Assembly (NCBI GenBank): GCA_964291295.2 | Contig: OZ219754.1 | Location: 2,528,001-2,592,000, forward strand | Length of the DNA: 64,000 nucleotides | Source of the DNA: an uncultured Candidatus Binatia bacterium | Lineage (GTDB): Bacteria > Desulfobacterota > Binatia > UBA9968 > JAJDTQ01 | Reading direction: 5' to 3' | Shown: one piece after another, positions 11,780 to 22,370 of the stretch | Position numbering within the stretch: the first letter of the stretch is position 1 | Layout of the letters: every line of letters begins with the position of its first letter | Notes under the pieces: generated by a model | Seen by the model: the letters and a program-made list of their open reading frames with translations, nothing else | Databases searched by the model: none | Told to the model about the DNA's origin: nothing | Program-made: the position numbers and the translations under genes

Positions 11780-13285
11780 ATGCTCCGCTCGCTGCTGATT
11801 GCCGTTCGCTTCCACGAAGGTCGATATCACGGCCAGGAGGACGGCTTCGACGGAGCGAATGGTTGGCCGCCATCGCCGGGTAGACTATTCCAGGCGCTGG
11901 TCGCGGCGGCGGCCGACGGTGCCGTCATCCCCGTTGAGGACGAAGGCGCGTTGAGGTGGTTCGAAGGACTAGACCCGCCACGGGTCGCCGCCCCAGCGGC
12001 TCGCCGTGGACGAGCAGTCAAACTCTACGTACCGAACAATGATCTTGACTCGGTTGATGGCGATCCGTCGCAGGTCGGCAGAATCCGGGTCTTGAAGCAG
12101 TGGCGCCCCTGCTTCTTCGATCCTGACCAATCTGTTCTGTATACATGGAATTTCAACACGACTCCAGAACAGGCTATACGAATCTGCGCGATGGCTGCGC
12201 AACTGTACCAGTTCGGACGCGGAATTGACATGGCATATGCGAGCGGCCGAGTGCTGGCGCCGAGCGAAGCCGACGCCATTCTTGCGGCTCATCCCGGATG
12301 CATATACCAGCCCAAGGGCGCTGGCGAAACGGCGATCCCGCACATCGGCACACTCGACAGTCTAATTGATAGGAATCGGTGCAAGCGCCGCCGTCTGACA
12401 ACCACCAGGGCGGGCGGCAAGTCCCGGCAATTGTTCGCCCAGCCACCCAGGGCGATATTCCACCACACTGGATACGACATGCCGCCACGGTGCCTGCGCT
12501 TCGAGTTCCGGAATCCCGACGGCGCTTTCGCTCCGCGGCCGCTTGCTTCCGTGGCATCCGTGATTACGGGTCTGCGCGATGCAGCCGCAGTACGGCTCCA
12601 GGCATCCCTACCCGTCAAATTCCGCCTGTTCGAGAGGCTGATCGTTGGAAGGGATGCTGGTCCTGACGATATTGCCCGGCGCATCAGGCTGATCCCCATA
12701 CCATCGGTTGGAACGCCGTATACGGATCTTTCAATCCGGCGCATCCTCGTCCAGGTTCCGCAGGATTGCCCCATACGCGTCGACGACTTGAAGTGGGCTT
12801 TCTCCGGCCTAGAACTTCGAGATTCACAGACAGGGGAGACTTGGTCGGGGCAATTGACTTCGACCGATGATGCCCGAATGGCGGCGCGTTTCATGGGACC
12901 GTCGCGGGCCTTCACGAGCGTGACGCCGCTCGCCCTTCCGGTTGCCCGCCGTCGTATCGACCCCGCTCGCGTTTCCGACGAGGCAAAGGGCGGCGCGGAA
13001 CGAGCAAGCGAACAGGCGCACGCCGCCACTGCCGTTCTGCAGGCCCTACGTCACGCCGGCGTCCGGGTTTCGCCGGAGGATGTCCGTGTACAGCGCGAGC
13101 CATTCCAGGTTCGCGGTGAACAGGCGGAAGCCTTTGCCCCCGGCACGCGCTTTCCCAAAGGGCGATTGTGGCATGCTGCGGTTACCTTCGCCGAGCCCGT
13201 TGCTGGCCCGCTCCTGCTGGGCGACGGCCGTTTTCTCGGCTTGGGCCTCATGTCACCGCACGAACCGATCTCCGGTGTCTCCTGA
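11780..13285 (+). CDS. csb2: Type I-G Cas5-Cas6 fusion Csb2
   Basis: WPPSPGRLFQAL, YVPNND and FGRGID (Cas5-like); C-terminal Gly-rich loop GPLLLGDGRFLGLGLM (Cas6-like). Confidence 0.9.
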   Translation: MLRSLLIAVRFHEGRYHGQEDGFDGANGWPPSPGRLFQALVAAAADGAVIPVEDEGALRWFEGLDPPRVAAPAARRGRAVKLYVPNNDLDSVDGDPSQVGRIRVLKQWRPCFFDPDQSVLYTWNFNTTPEQAIRICAMAAQLYQFGRGIDMAYASGRVLAPSEADAILAAHPGCIYQPKGAGETAIPHIGTLDSLIDRNRCKRRRLTTTRAGGKSRQLFAQPPRAIFHHTGYDMPPRCLRFEFRNPDGAFAPRPLASVASVITGLRDAAAVRLQASLPVKFRLFERLIVGRDAGPDDIARRIRLIPIPSVGTPYTDLSIRRILVQVPQDCPIRVDDLKWAFSGLELRDSQTGETWSGQLTSTDDARMAARFMGPSRAFTSVTPLALPVARRRIDPARVSDEAKGGAERASEQAHAATAVLQALRHAGVRVSPEDVRVQREPFQVRGEQAEAFAPGTRFPKGRLWHAAVTFAEPVAGPLLLGDGRFLGLGLMSPHEPISGVS

Positions 13286-13925
13286 TTTCATCATCAAGTC
13301 CGGCTTCGCTGACGGCATCTGCCCCTATCTGGCCGCCCGCGCCGCGCGCCTTGCGATGATGGCGCGCGTCCAAGCTCATCTCGCCCGGCGACGAATTTCC
13401 ATCCTACGTGAGCGGTCTCGAAGAAGATGGCCGTCCAGCCTGTGGAAACGGATATCGCCATATTGCCGGTGTCTCCGATCTTCCACGTCAGCGCATCCTC
13501 CATGTAGCACCTGATCGGTTGTAACGCAGCGGTGCGCAATGGGGCGACGTGGACCGCCCCCATCGTCTCATGGAAGGAATGCAGAACCTGCATTCGGGCG
13601 CAGCCGGCCGTCTCGTGTTCGAGTATGCGATATCGGACGTCGAGTCCAACTCCCTTCTCGCCCCAGCGCAGGTTTGACACAGCGTTGCAGAGTCTCACGT
13701 CACCCGTCATCCAAGTCGGCTTGCAGACGAAGAGGCTCTGGCCCTTGATTGCCTCGCTGAATCCGGTGCATCGGAGGGCCGAACCCCGCTTCATTGACGT
13801 CTTGATGTCCGGGGTGATACGCGGGCTATCGGGTCAACTCCGGTTCCATTCCGCGACAGCGCAGATCGGGCCGCTGTTCATCGGTCGAATCGCACACGAG
13901 ACCGACGGATTGTTCGAAAGTGCTA
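13286..13925 (+). pseudogene. Decayed second Cas6-like module of a long-form Csb2
   Basis: Out-of-frame fragments AARAARLAMMARVQA, YVSGLEEDGRP, HIAGVSDLPRQRILHVAP and a degenerate Gly loop GPLFIGRIAHETDGLF. Confidence 0.6.
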
Positions 13926-14003
13926 ATCGAGACCTTGTGTGGAAATCACCAGGATACACACCACGTCACTTCCAGGAGGTGCGGCGAACCGCCAGCGAAC
14001 ATT

Positions 14004-14747
14004 CTATCGACGTGTGCGGGCCTCTTCGGCCGCAACATGTCCGGCCAACTGAGTAACGAATGGCCGCAAACCGGTCATTTCGCCAAGCTCGGTGCAGGCG
14101 CCGTCACTCGCGGCTGATCGTGGGGACATCAGAACCGATGCCGCCGAGTAGAGTTGCTCCTGTATGAGTTTCCGGCAAAGAATATTGTATCGATCCGCGT
14201 ACGATGTACCCCGAAACTCCTGGAGAATCGGAAAATGCGGCGAAACGCCACGAATCGGTTTTCGGGAACCATCGGAATCTTCGACCAGAATCAACCAACC
14301 CACAAACGGGCGGGACTGCTCACCGAAGGCTCCTTCGCGAAAGGCCGTCCAGAGATCGTGAGCCGATCCAACTGCTTCTTCCGTTCGATTGTTGAAGTTG
14401 TTTCCAAATGAAGGACCCACATGGCTCTTGAACTCCAATGCGGCAACCAGTCTGCCGTCATTCATGACTATCACATCCCAGAGTTTTGCAGGGCGAAAAA
14501 AGCCCGGCAAGGTCACGACACGACGCTTGCGGTGAATCTCCGCGTGCACAAGTCCGTTTGCCCTGACCAAATCACTGACAATTGAGATGAAGCCGCCCAT
14601 GTTCTTTCCTGCAGTCACCCCGGCTCGTTCGCCCTGGTCTGCCTTGCCAGATTCAAGCTGTTTCTCGCGCGCCGTCTGGCGCCTTGCCCAGAAAGTCCGC
14701 ACCGCTGTTCGAGCCTTTTGTTCGTAGTCGAGCAAATCAATTGCCAA
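14004..14747 (-). CDS. PaeR7I/XhoI-family type II restriction endonuclease
   Basis: [51 protein letters not shown]; TTG start preceded by a GGGAGA RBS. Confidence 0.9.
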   Translation of the reverse strand: MAIDLLDYEQKARTAVRTFWARRQTAREKQLESGKADQGERAGVTAGKNMGGFISIVSDLVRANGLVHAEIHRKRRVVTLPGFFRPAKLWDVIVMNDGRLVAALEFKSHVGPSFGNNFNNRTEEAVGSAHDLWTAFREGAFGEQSRPFVGWLILVEDSDGSRKPIRGVSPHFPILQEFRGTSYADRYNILCRKLIQEQLYSAASVLMSPRSAASDGACTELGEMTGLRPFVTQLAGHVAAEEARTRR

Positions 14748-14766
14748 TGGATCTCTCCCGCGGCTA

Positions 14767-16500
14767 TCACTCGATACCAGTGGCACCCAGGAAGGCACGT
14801 TCCTCGGTACTGAGTTTGTAAAGCTCAAAGACAACCTGGTTGCGAACGTCCACATCACTCGAGTGAGCGAGATCGACAAGGGCTTTCTTTATGCTGCGCC
14901 TTACGGATGACCAGACAGGCAGGCGAATTCTTCGCAGGTATTGCGCCTGGAACCGAAGATAACCGCCGCGCATCCGTGTCGAATAACTCTCCATGAACAG
15001 TTTCGTGATATCTGACAGCAGTACGGTCCGGAGAGCACGAAGGTCCCAGTCACTTGAGGTCAGGAAATATAAATTGTGATGGGGGTAAAGACGCCCATCT
15101 TCATGGACGACGTGAGCTTGCCCCTTGATGTCCGGAATCAGTAATTTGGGAGTCCCGGCAAGTGCCGGGTAGATACGGTCAATGGTCCGATACCAACTGG
15201 CCGGCGTCTTGCGGGCAACGTGGCGTCTGGCGATCTGATCTCTTCTCTCTTCCAGATATCGCTTGAGTCGTGGGTAGCGTGTGAGGTCCACGAGTCCGCC
15301 ATTGTCGGCAAATGGATTGACGACACCGAGTCCGTGCCAACGGACCTCTCCGGAGAGAATATCCCGCGTCGTTGCAAGCGGCAGCTTGCGATCGTCTTCA
15401 ACATCGAGTTGATCGTATGGGCCGATGAACGCCTTGTCCGCTCCTGTGGCAACGCCGACGCCAACTCTGCACCCTGCTTCCTCCAGGGTCGGGAGGCTGC
15501 GTTCCAGACGCCGAACCAGCGTGAGTCGTCTGGAGGGGTCCAGTATCCACGGTTGGGCGCCGGTGCCGATTTCGAGGAGTTCCGAGACAGGTCCACCCGG
15601 TGGGGGCTTCTTTCCATCCAGCAGCTGGCTGGCAAGTGAGGTCAGCACCTCGCTGTTGATTTTAGGCCGGCGAGCGTAACGGGTGAGCCCGGTCTTCTTC
15701 CGTCCAATAACGAAAATGGCCGGATATGCGATGACGTCCGAGTGGAACGCGGGTGTGTCAACCATGTCCACATAGATGCCGAGATGAAACTTCTCCGACA
15801 AGAGCCGACGCAAGGGTCCACCATAACGGTTCCGGGTCCAACGGTCCGCACAAATGATGCCCAATTTGCCCTCGGCCGAGAGCTGTCTTGCCGAACGCTC
15901 GAGGAAGGGAATGTAGAGGTCCCCTCGATCGAAGAGGGTCGTGTACCGCGCCCGATATTCGGCCACCAGGGCATCGGGAACCAGCTCTTGACGAACGTAG
16001 GGTGGGTTGCCGACGACGAAGGAGAACTCGGGCGGTAGTTGAGTCAGCAGGAAATCGCCATGAACGAGCCATCGGCCCGTGAGCGTCCTTGCGTCCGCTG
16101 GATCGATCTCGGATTCCCGCAGCTTCTGGAGCAGTTTCCGGCGAGTCGATTCATACGTGCGCCGGTGAAGCTCGACGGCGCGGATACAGGAACTCAAAGC
16201 CTCTACCGGAACAGGTTTTCCCCGGCTCCGCCACGCTTCGACCAGCCGCTCAACCGCAACAAGGAGGAAGTCGCCGCGGCCGAAGCAAGGTTCCAGGAGC
16301 GACAGGGCGTGCAGCGGTCGATTCGGGGTATAGCCCACGAGGTCGAGGATGAACTCGACAACCTCCCGGCGCGTGAAGACCGCGCCCCGCGCTTCCGCCC
16401 CGGCCTCCGACAGTTGCTGGAGCGCGTCGCGCACGGGGCAGAGACCGGGCAGGGAGACTTGGCCGGAGAACGACGGCGGGCCGTCAAACGCTTCGGTCAT
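14767..16500 (-). CDS. N6-adenine DNA methyltransferase (M.PaeR7I/TaqI-like, gamma group)
   Basis: [17 protein letters not shown] (motif I), VGNPPYVR (motif IV), TaqI_C-like KLLIPDIKG; directly upstream of the cognate endonuclease. Confidence 0.9.
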   Translation of the reverse strand: MTEAFDGPPSFSGQVSLPGLCPVRDALQQLSEAGAEARGAVFTRREVVEFILDLVGYTPNRPLHALSLLEPCFGRGDFLLVAVERLVEAWRSRGKPVPVEALSSCIRAVELHRRTYESTRRKLLQKLRESEIDPADARTLTGRWLVHGDFLLTQLPPEFSFVVGNPPYVRQELVPDALVAEYRARYTTLFDRGDLYIPFLERSARQLSAEGKLGIICADRWTRNRYGGPLRRLLSEKFHLGIYVDMVDTPAFHSDVIAYPAIFVIGRKKTGLTRYARRPKINSEVLTSLASQLLDGKKPPPGGPVSELLEIGTGAQPWILDPSRRLTLVRRLERSLPTLEEAGCRVGVGVATGADKAFIGPYDQLDVEDDRKLPLATTRDILSGEVRWHGLGVVNPFADNGGLVDLTRYPRLKRYLEERRDQIARRHVARKTPASWYRTIDRIYPALAGTPKLLIPDIKGQAHVVHEDGRLYPHHNLYFLTSSDWDLRALRTVLLSDITKLFMESYSTRMRGGYLRFQAQYLRRIRLPVWSSVRRSIKKALVDLAHSSDVDVRNQVVFELYKLSTEERAFLGATGIE

Positions 16501-16908
16501 TTCACCTGTTCCTGGCGATATCGTCCAACTTCGGTGTCGGCCAATTTCGACCTGGGCACGGCCGCTCTGTTCCATGCATTCGGGAGATTCCCGAACCCTG
16601 CCGCCAATGAGGCACGGCGCGGCGCCCGGGTCAACCGGTCGGGCGATTCGGTCCTCCGCAGTTGGAGTGCACCTCATTCGGCATGAACGCGCCCCGCGAG
16701 GAAACCCGCCGCCGTTGGCGCTGGCGCCGATTCGCCCGCGTTCGGAGGATCGAGACCGGGCCAGGATCATCCCGAACCGGGTCATCCCGATTTATCTTGC
16801 AACGTCGCACGAGACGGTTTAATTTACAGTACCAAGACGGTCGTACCGGGGTCGGCCGGTCGCTGTGGCCGGAGTCGACGACGGAGCCGAAGGGAAGGAG
16901 GGACGCCC

Positions 16909-17727
16909 ATGCCGATTATCACCATCATTCGTGGCGCGTTTGGTGCGGGTCCGGAGGTTGCCGAGCGGGTTGCCGGGGATCTCGGCTGCCCGTGTGTGGA
17001 CCGCGAGGTGCTGATGGAGGCCAGCAGCCGGTACGGAATTCCCGAGGCCAAGTACGAGGAGGTGTTGGAATCGGGCCCCCATTGGTGGGAGCGCTGGCGG
17101 GAGAGCCTGCGGCTTTACCGCATCACGCTCCAGGCCGCCATGTGCGAGATGGCCGGTGAAGGCGAATTCGTCTATCACGGCCACATGGGCCAGGAGCTCC
17201 TGCCCGGCGTCAGCCACGTGCTCAAGGTGCTTTTGACGGCGCCGTTGGAATACCAGGTGGAGCGGGTGCGGGAGCGGGAGGGGTTCGACGAGGCGGGCGG
17301 GCGGCGTTACGTGGAAAGCGTCAACAAGGCGCGCTCCCGGCGCATGGAGGCGGTCTTCGGCGCGGACTGGCGCGACGCGTCGCGCTATGACCTGGTCCTG
17401 AACGCCGGGCAGATGACCGTGGACACGCTGGCGCGGTTGATCGAGGACGCCGCCGCGCGGCCCGAGTACCAGAAGAGTGCGGAGTCGGAGCGCGCCTTCG
17501 CCGACCTGTCCCTGACATCCCGCGTTCAGGCGGCGCTGATCGTGTCGCCCGGGACGCGGAATCTGAACGTGCGCGTGCGGGCATCCGACGGCGTGGTGCA
17601 GGTCTCCGGGATCCTGACCCAGCCGGCTCTTCAGGACGAGATCGTCTCGGTGGCCCGGGGGGTTTCCGGAACCACGGCGGTGGAGACGGACTTCGAATCG
17701 CCGCCCGTGGAGTACATGTTTCCGTAG
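16909..17727 (+). CDS. Cytidylate kinase-like family protein with C-terminal BON domain
   Basis: IITIIRGAFGAGPEVAERVA, YDLVLN; C-terminal NVRVRASDGVVQVSG...VARGVSG. Confidence 0.75.
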   Translation: MPIITIIRGAFGAGPEVAERVAGDLGCPCVDREVLMEASSRYGIPEAKYEEVLESGPHWWERWRESLRLYRITLQAAMCEMAGEGEFVYHGHMGQELLPGVSHVLKVLLTAPLEYQVERVREREGFDEAGGRRYVESVNKARSRRMEAVFGADWRDASRYDLVLNAGQMTVDTLARLIEDAAARPEYQKSAESERAFADLSLTSRVQAALIVSPGTRNLNVRVRASDGVVQVSGILTQPALQDEIVSVARGVSGTTAVETDFESPPVEYMFP

Positions 17728-17866
17728 CACGGGTCGCCGGGAGGCGTTGAACGGCCGGCAGGAGCATTCGCTGCCGGACCAGGCCGAGACCCTGAGGAGG
17801 CTCGCGGGACCGCGGCGTCAGACCCCGGCGCATCGGGCTTGCGGGGGGCGCGGTCCCGCCCTGTGC

Positions 17867-17945
17867 ATTCTTTCGATCCATTTCTTTCGATCCATTTCTT
17901 TCGATCCATGTCCACCGTCTTTCGATCCATGTCCACCGATCCATG
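17867..17945 (+). repeat. Short tandem repeat (TTTCTTTCGATCCA-type unit)
   Basis: Three adjacent 14-bp units followed by variant units containing CATGTCCACCG, running up to the downstream ATG. Confidence 0.8.
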
Positions 17946-18542
17946 ATCGTTGCCGTCGTACTGGCCGCGGGTGCCTCCACCCGCATGGGAAGACCCAAGG
18001 CGTTGCTGCCGGTGAAGGGCGTTCCCTTCATCGAACGCATCGTCCGCGTGCTGGAGCATACCGAGGTGGACCGGACCCTGGTGGTGCTGGGCCACAACGC
18101 GGACGCCATGCGCGAGGCCATCGCCTACCTGGGCGTCGATACCGTGGTGAACCCTGACTACGCCCGCGGGCAGCTCTCGTCGCTGCAGACCGCCATCCGG
18201 GCACTGGAGGGCGAGCCTGTGGAGGGGATCCTGGTGCATCTGGTGGATCACCCGTTCATCGAAGGCGCGCTGGTGGACCGGATCATCGACCGCTTCCGCA
18301 CCGGCGGGAAGCTCATCGTGGTGCCGCGCTTCGGCGGCAGGCGCGGCCATCCGGTGCTCTTCTCCAGCGAACTCTTCCCCGAGTTCCTGGCCGCCTCCCT
18401 GGAGACCGGTGCCAAGCCGGTGGTGCGAGGGCACCCCGACGAGACCCTGGAACTGGATACCGACGCGGAAGGAATTCTCGTGGATATCGATACGCCCGAG
18501 GAATACCGAAAACACGTGAGGAGCGAGCCGTGGCCCGATTGA
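17943..18542 (+). CDS. MocA/MobA-like nucleotidyltransferase (molybdenum cofactor cytidylyltransferase)
   Basis: VLAAGASTRMGRPKALL, GQLSSL, LVDHP, RGHPVLF, DIDTPEEY. Confidence 0.85.
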   Translation: MIVAVVLAAGASTRMGRPKALLPVKGVPFIERIVRVLEHTEVDRTLVVLGHNADAMREAIAYLGVDTVVNPDYARGQLSSLQTAIRALEGEPVEGILVHLVDHPFIEGALVDRIIDRFRTGGKLIVVPRFGGRRGHPVLFSSELFPEFLAASLETGAKPVVRGHPDETLELDTDAEGILVDIDTPEEYRKHVRSEPWPD

Positions 18543-19501
18543 ACCTGAATTTCGCCTGTGGCAGCTACGATCTCTTGCGGCCGCTCTGGGAGAAGGTGGT
18601 GGAGCCCGCCGGCATGGACCTCAACGTCATGACCATGCAGTCGCCCGAGCGCCACGGACGCATGTTGCGCCACGAGGAGTTCGATGCGTGCGAGCTTTCG
18701 CTGGTGAGCTATCTGGTGGCACACGACCAGGGACGGGACTTCACTGCCATTCCGGCGTTTCCGCACCGCCGTTTTCGCCACGGCTACATGGCCAAATGCG
18801 CCGGCCGCGGCATCCACAAGCCCTCGGATCTCAACGGCCGGCGCATTGGCCTCGATACCCTGCAGAACTCCGCGGGCCTGTGGATGCGCGGCATCCTTCA
18901 GGACTACCATGGGCTGGACCTGGCCACGGTGGAGTGGTGGTGCCAGGAGGATGAGGACGTGCCGTTGGAGCCGGCCCCGTGGATGAAGGTTCACCGGGTG
19001 CCCCAAGGCCGCAACATCGACGAGATGTTGTGCGCCGGCGACCTTGAAGGGGCGCTCTATCCCGAAGTCCTGCCGTCCATCCGCGCCGGTTCGGACAAGG
19101 TGGCGTTGCTTTTCCCGGACCCCAGGAAGGCGGAAGCGGAGTATTACCGCACGAGCGGCATCTTTCCCATCATGCACACGGTGGTGATCAAGGACGAGAT
19201 ACTGGAACGCAATCCCTGGGTGGCGGTGAGTCTGCTCCAGGCGCTCCAGCACTCCAAGGAGGTCTGCTACGAACGCATGGGCGATCCCCGGAGTCTTGCG
19301 CTGGTCTGGGCCAGGGAAGAGTTGCAGGCGCAACGGGAAATATTCGGGCCCGATCCCTGGCCCTACGGCCTTGAACCCAACCGCACGGCGCTGGAGGCGG
19401 CCGTGCGCTACGAGTTCGAGCAGGGCATGATCAAGCACAGGCCCGCCATCGAGGAATTGTTCTTCCCGCCCTCCCTCCAGGATATCCAGCACTATGTCTG
19501 A
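18530..19501 (+). CDS. 4,5-dihydroxyphthalate decarboxylase-like / NMT1-type periplasmic-binding-fold protein
   Basis: EFDACELSL, IPAFPHRRFRH, IFPIMHTVVI, GPDPWPYGLEPNR. Confidence 0.8.
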   Translation: MARLNLNFACGSYDLLRPLWEKVVEPAGMDLNVMTMQSPERHGRMLRHEEFDACELSLVSYLVAHDQGRDFTAIPAFPHRRFRHGYMAKCAGRGIHKPSDLNGRRIGLDTLQNSAGLWMRGILQDYHGLDLATVEWWCQEDEDVPLEPAPWMKVHRVPQGRNIDEMLCAGDLEGALYPEVLPSIRAGSDKVALLFPDPRKAEAEYYRTSGIFPIMHTVVIKDEILERNPWVAVSLLQALQHSKEVCYERMGDPRSLALVWAREELQAQREIFGPDPWPYGLEPNRTALEAAVRYEFEQGMIKHRPAIEELFFPPSLQDIQHYV

Positions 19502-19608
19502 ACCCCGCATGGCGGGGTGGTGATGGTGGACAGGGTTCGGGCAGATCGGCTAGAGTCGAAACAGCCTTCCGGTCAGTGTGTCAGGAGGTCGCCCACAGGA
19601 GGTCACCC

Positions 19609-20394
19609 ATGAGTGATGCGCCGGCGCCGGTCAGGAAATGTCTGGTCCGGACCATGTCCGACACCATCGAGACGGACATCCATCGGGTCCATGTCATCGC
19701 CAACGAAATCCTTCCGCGTTACCACAAGCCCGGCCTGTCCTTTGAAGCGTTGCGCAAGGTGGCCGACGGCCCGTTCGACTTTTTTCTGGCGCCTCTTCTC
19801 TTCGCCGAAGACTACGCCCGGGACCCTTCGATCATCTACAACGAGGGTGTCCGGCGGGAGATCCGCGGCCATGCCCTGGAGATCGCGCGCCGGCACGGCT
19901 TCGACATCAATCCGCCCGACTTCGTTCCCGGCGTCGAGGAGTCGTTGAAGGAAGCCCGGGACGCGGGCCTGAGCAACATGGTGCTCACCACCAGCGGCCG
20001 GCGCTACAAGCACCGGGTGATGGAGGCCCACGGCATCCGCGAATATTTCGACGAGATCATCGACCGCGACGAGACCTACTTCAGAAAAGAGCAGGGCATC
20101 TACCACCTGTTCCGGAAGCTCGACGTCCCGAAGCTCGAGGTGATCCTTCTGTCCGGAACCGCCGCCTACATACGAGCGGGCAACAATCTGGAGTTTGCCC
20201 AAGTGGCCGGCAACGATCTCTCGGTCTTCACCGTGGCCCTGGCCACGGAGTACTCCTACAACGATGAGGCTACGCTGGCCGCGGCCAAGCCCAAGCTGCT
20301 GGTACGAAGCCTGGGCGAACTCTTCCCCGGACTGCGCGAAGCCGGTGTCCTGCCTGCGGCCGCCGACCGTCCTTCGGCTTCCACCGCGGCATAG
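19609..20394 (+). CDS. HAD-like hydrolase family protein (divergent)
   Basis: VPGVEESLKE..DAGL, HGIREYFDEII, AAKPKLLVRSLGEL; canonical DxD motif not clear. Confidence 0.55.
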   Translation: MSDAPAPVRKCLVRTMSDTIETDIHRVHVIANEILPRYHKPGLSFEALRKVADGPFDFFLAPLLFAEDYARDPSIIYNEGVRREIRGHALEIARRHGFDINPPDFVPGVEESLKEARDAGLSNMVLTTSGRRYKHRVMEAHGIREYFDEIIDRDETYFRKEQGIYHLFRKLDVPKLEVILLSGTAAYIRAGNNLEFAQVAGNDLSVFTVALATEYSYNDEATLAAAKPKLLVRSLGELFPGLREAGVLPAAADRPSASTAA

Positions 20395-20406
20395 GGTGCG
20401 GCACGG

Positions 20407-21204
20407 TCACCCCCGGGACCACTTGGTCCTGGGGGTCTCAAGGCGCTCGCCGTCCACGTGGATGGCGTCCACCCGCTCGTTGAAGAAGCACACCAGATTC
20501 CGGATCCCGGGGCACTCGGGCAGGGTGTCCTCGTAGCTCCAGGCGGCATCCGCGAAGACTTGGCCGCCGACATGGGCCGACCAGTAGCGGGCGGCGCCCT
20601 TGTAGGGACAACGCGACGTGGTGTCGCTGGATTCCAGGAGGTCCATGCGCACGTCCTCCCGCGGCAGGTAGTAACGGACCAGGTGGCCGGTTTCCAGGAC
20701 CAGCCGCGGGCGGATGGAGTCCGCCACCACCGCGCCGCCGAGGGTTACCCGCACGTGGCGCGAACTGTTGAGCACGTCCACCCTCTTGTAGGGGTCCCGG
20801 GCATGGACGAAGACCTCGTCCTCCTCTTCGTACCAGCCGTCCATCCGGTTCCAGTAGAAAGAGAGATGCCCGGCGATGTCGCGGGACGGGTGCGCGGGGT
20901 CGAGGTAGCTCCAGGCCGCGGACTCGGCAGTCCGCCCGCCCGCAACCACATCCCAGTAGGAGGCCTCGCCCTTGACCGGACAACGGGTATGGTGGTCGCT
21001 GGGTTTCAGGAATTCCATGCGCACGTCGTCCGGCGGGAAGTAGTAGACGGGAACATGACCCGCCTCCCGCACCAGCACGGCCCGCCGGGTGTCCGCCAGC
21101 GTCTCGCCGCCGAACCGGACACGTACGCGGCGGGGGCTCTCCTCGAAATCGAGCCAAGGGTCGGTGTGCGCTCCGTAGCTTCGCGGCTTGTGTATGATCT
21201 CCAT
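20407..21204 (-). CDS. Tandem DUF427 domain protein
   Basis: Two repeats of YYxP..DV...TxCPxKGxAxYW...AAWSY. Confidence 0.85.
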   Translation of the reverse strand: MEIIHKPRSYGAHTDPWLDFEESPRRVRVRFGGETLADTRRAVLVREAGHVPVYYFPPDDVRMEFLKPSDHHTRCPVKGEASYWDVVAGGRTAESAAWSYLDPAHPSRDIAGHLSFYWNRMDGWYEEEDEVFVHARDPYKRVDVLNSSRHVRVTLGGAVVADSIRPRLVLETGHLVRYYLPREDVRMDLLESSDTTSRCPYKGAARYWSAHVGGQVFADAAWSYEDTLPECPGIRNLVCFFNERVDAIHVDGERLETPRTKWSRG

Positions 21205-21386
21205 GAATTTTCCCCCTTGCGGTTCCGCCGCGTGAAGGCGCCCGAGGTGGCGGGACGGGCGGACAGCGGATTCTGCTCCCGCCGGACTCGCGGTGTCAAG
21301 ACGGGCGGGTCCGGTGCCCGCGGCTTGGCACACGCCGCCCCGCATTGTAGAACATCCATCAACACGAGACGGGAGGAACCCGACCC

Positions 21387-21854
21387 ATGAGGCACAAGCC
21401 TGGCGACAAGGCGCCGGATTTTCGGTTGATGGATCAGAACGGCTCGCCCCACAAGCTCTCCGACTACCAGGGCAGGTGGGTGCTGCTGTTCTTCTATCCC
21501 AGGGACGCCACACCCGGTTGAACGAAGGAGGCCTGTAGTATACGGGACCACATGGCCGCATTCGATGAAGCCGGGGCAACGATTCTGGGGGTCAGCGTCG
21601 ATCCGGTGAAGAGCCATGCCCGATTCGCCGAAAAGCATGCTCTCCCCTACACGCTGCTGGCGGACGAGGAGAAGGAGGTGGTGAGGCGGTACGACGTCTG
21701 GGGCAGGAAGAAGTTCATGGGCAGGGAGTACGACGGCACCCACCGGACATCGTTTCTCATCGATCCCGAGGGCGGGATCGCCCGGATCTACGAGAAGGTG
21801 AAACCGGCGCGGCACGCGCGGGAAGTGCTCGACGACCTGGCGGACCTGGGGTAG
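21387..21854 (+). CDS. bcp: Thioredoxin-dependent peroxiredoxin Bcp/PrxQ, probable selenoprotein (in-frame TGA at codon 45)
   Basis: Continuous frame [12 protein letters not shown]...[22 protein letters not shown]...GVSVD...RTSFLID; TGA at 21519-21521 occupies the peroxidatic Cys position. Confidence 0.85.
21530..21557 (+). promoter_or_regulatory. Candidate bacterial SECIS hairpin
   Basis: GGCC-TGT-AGT-ATACGGG-ACC-ACA-T-GGCC stem-loop beginning 8 nt after the TGA. Confidence 0.45.
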
Positions 21855-21862
21855 AGGGTCCG

Positions 21863-22345
21863 GTGGCGGACCCGGCGTCGCAGCGGGGGGACGAAGCCTT
21901 CATGGCGCGGGCCCTGGCCGAGGCCGAGGCGGCGCGGCGGGAGGATGAGGTGCCGGTAGGGGCGGTGGTGGTGTGCGGCGGCGAGGTGATCGGCCGGGGA
22001 CACAACCGGCGTGAGGGTTCGAGTGATCCGACCAGCCATGCGGAGATTCTGGCCATCAGGGAGGCGGCGGCCGCGCGCGGGTCGTGGCGTCTGGAAGACT
22101 GCACGCTCTACGTGACGCTGGAACCCTGCGTCATGTGCGCCGGCGCCATGGTCCAGGCCCGGGTCCGGCGGGTCGTGTTCGGCTGTCTCGATCCCAGGGG
22201 CGGCGCGGTCAGATCGCTCTACCGCGTCTGCGGCGACCCGCGCCTCAACCACCGCGTGACCGTCACCCGGGGCGTGCTGGAAGAACGGTGCGGCGAGCTC
22301 CTCCGGCGCTTCTTCGTCTCACTGCGCGCGGCCGGCGGCAAGTGA
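21863..22345 (+). CDS. tadA: tRNA adenosine(34) deaminase
   Basis: [37 protein letters not shown]. Confidence 0.92.
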   Translation: MADPASQRGDEAFMARALAEAEAARREDEVPVGAVVVCGGEVIGRGHNRREGSSDPTSHAEILAIREAAAARGSWRLEDCTLYVTLEPCVMCAGAMVQARVRRVVFGCLDPRGGAVRSLYRVCGDPRLNHRVTVTRGVLEERCGELLRRFFVSLRAAGGK

Positions 22346-22370
22346 TTCCAGGGAGGCGTGCCCCGATCCC

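Noticed and set aside
13286-16900. cas1/cas2/cas4 or a CRISPR array downstream of csb2
   Set aside because: The region is accounted for by the decayed Csb2 tail and the R-M genes; no Cas1/Cas2/Cas4 motifs or periodic repeats were seen.
17867-17945. Tandem repeats as a CRISPR array (also 35175-35252, 57725-58027, 61914-61978)
   Set aside because: Units are 10-22 bp, adjacent, and lack unique spacers.
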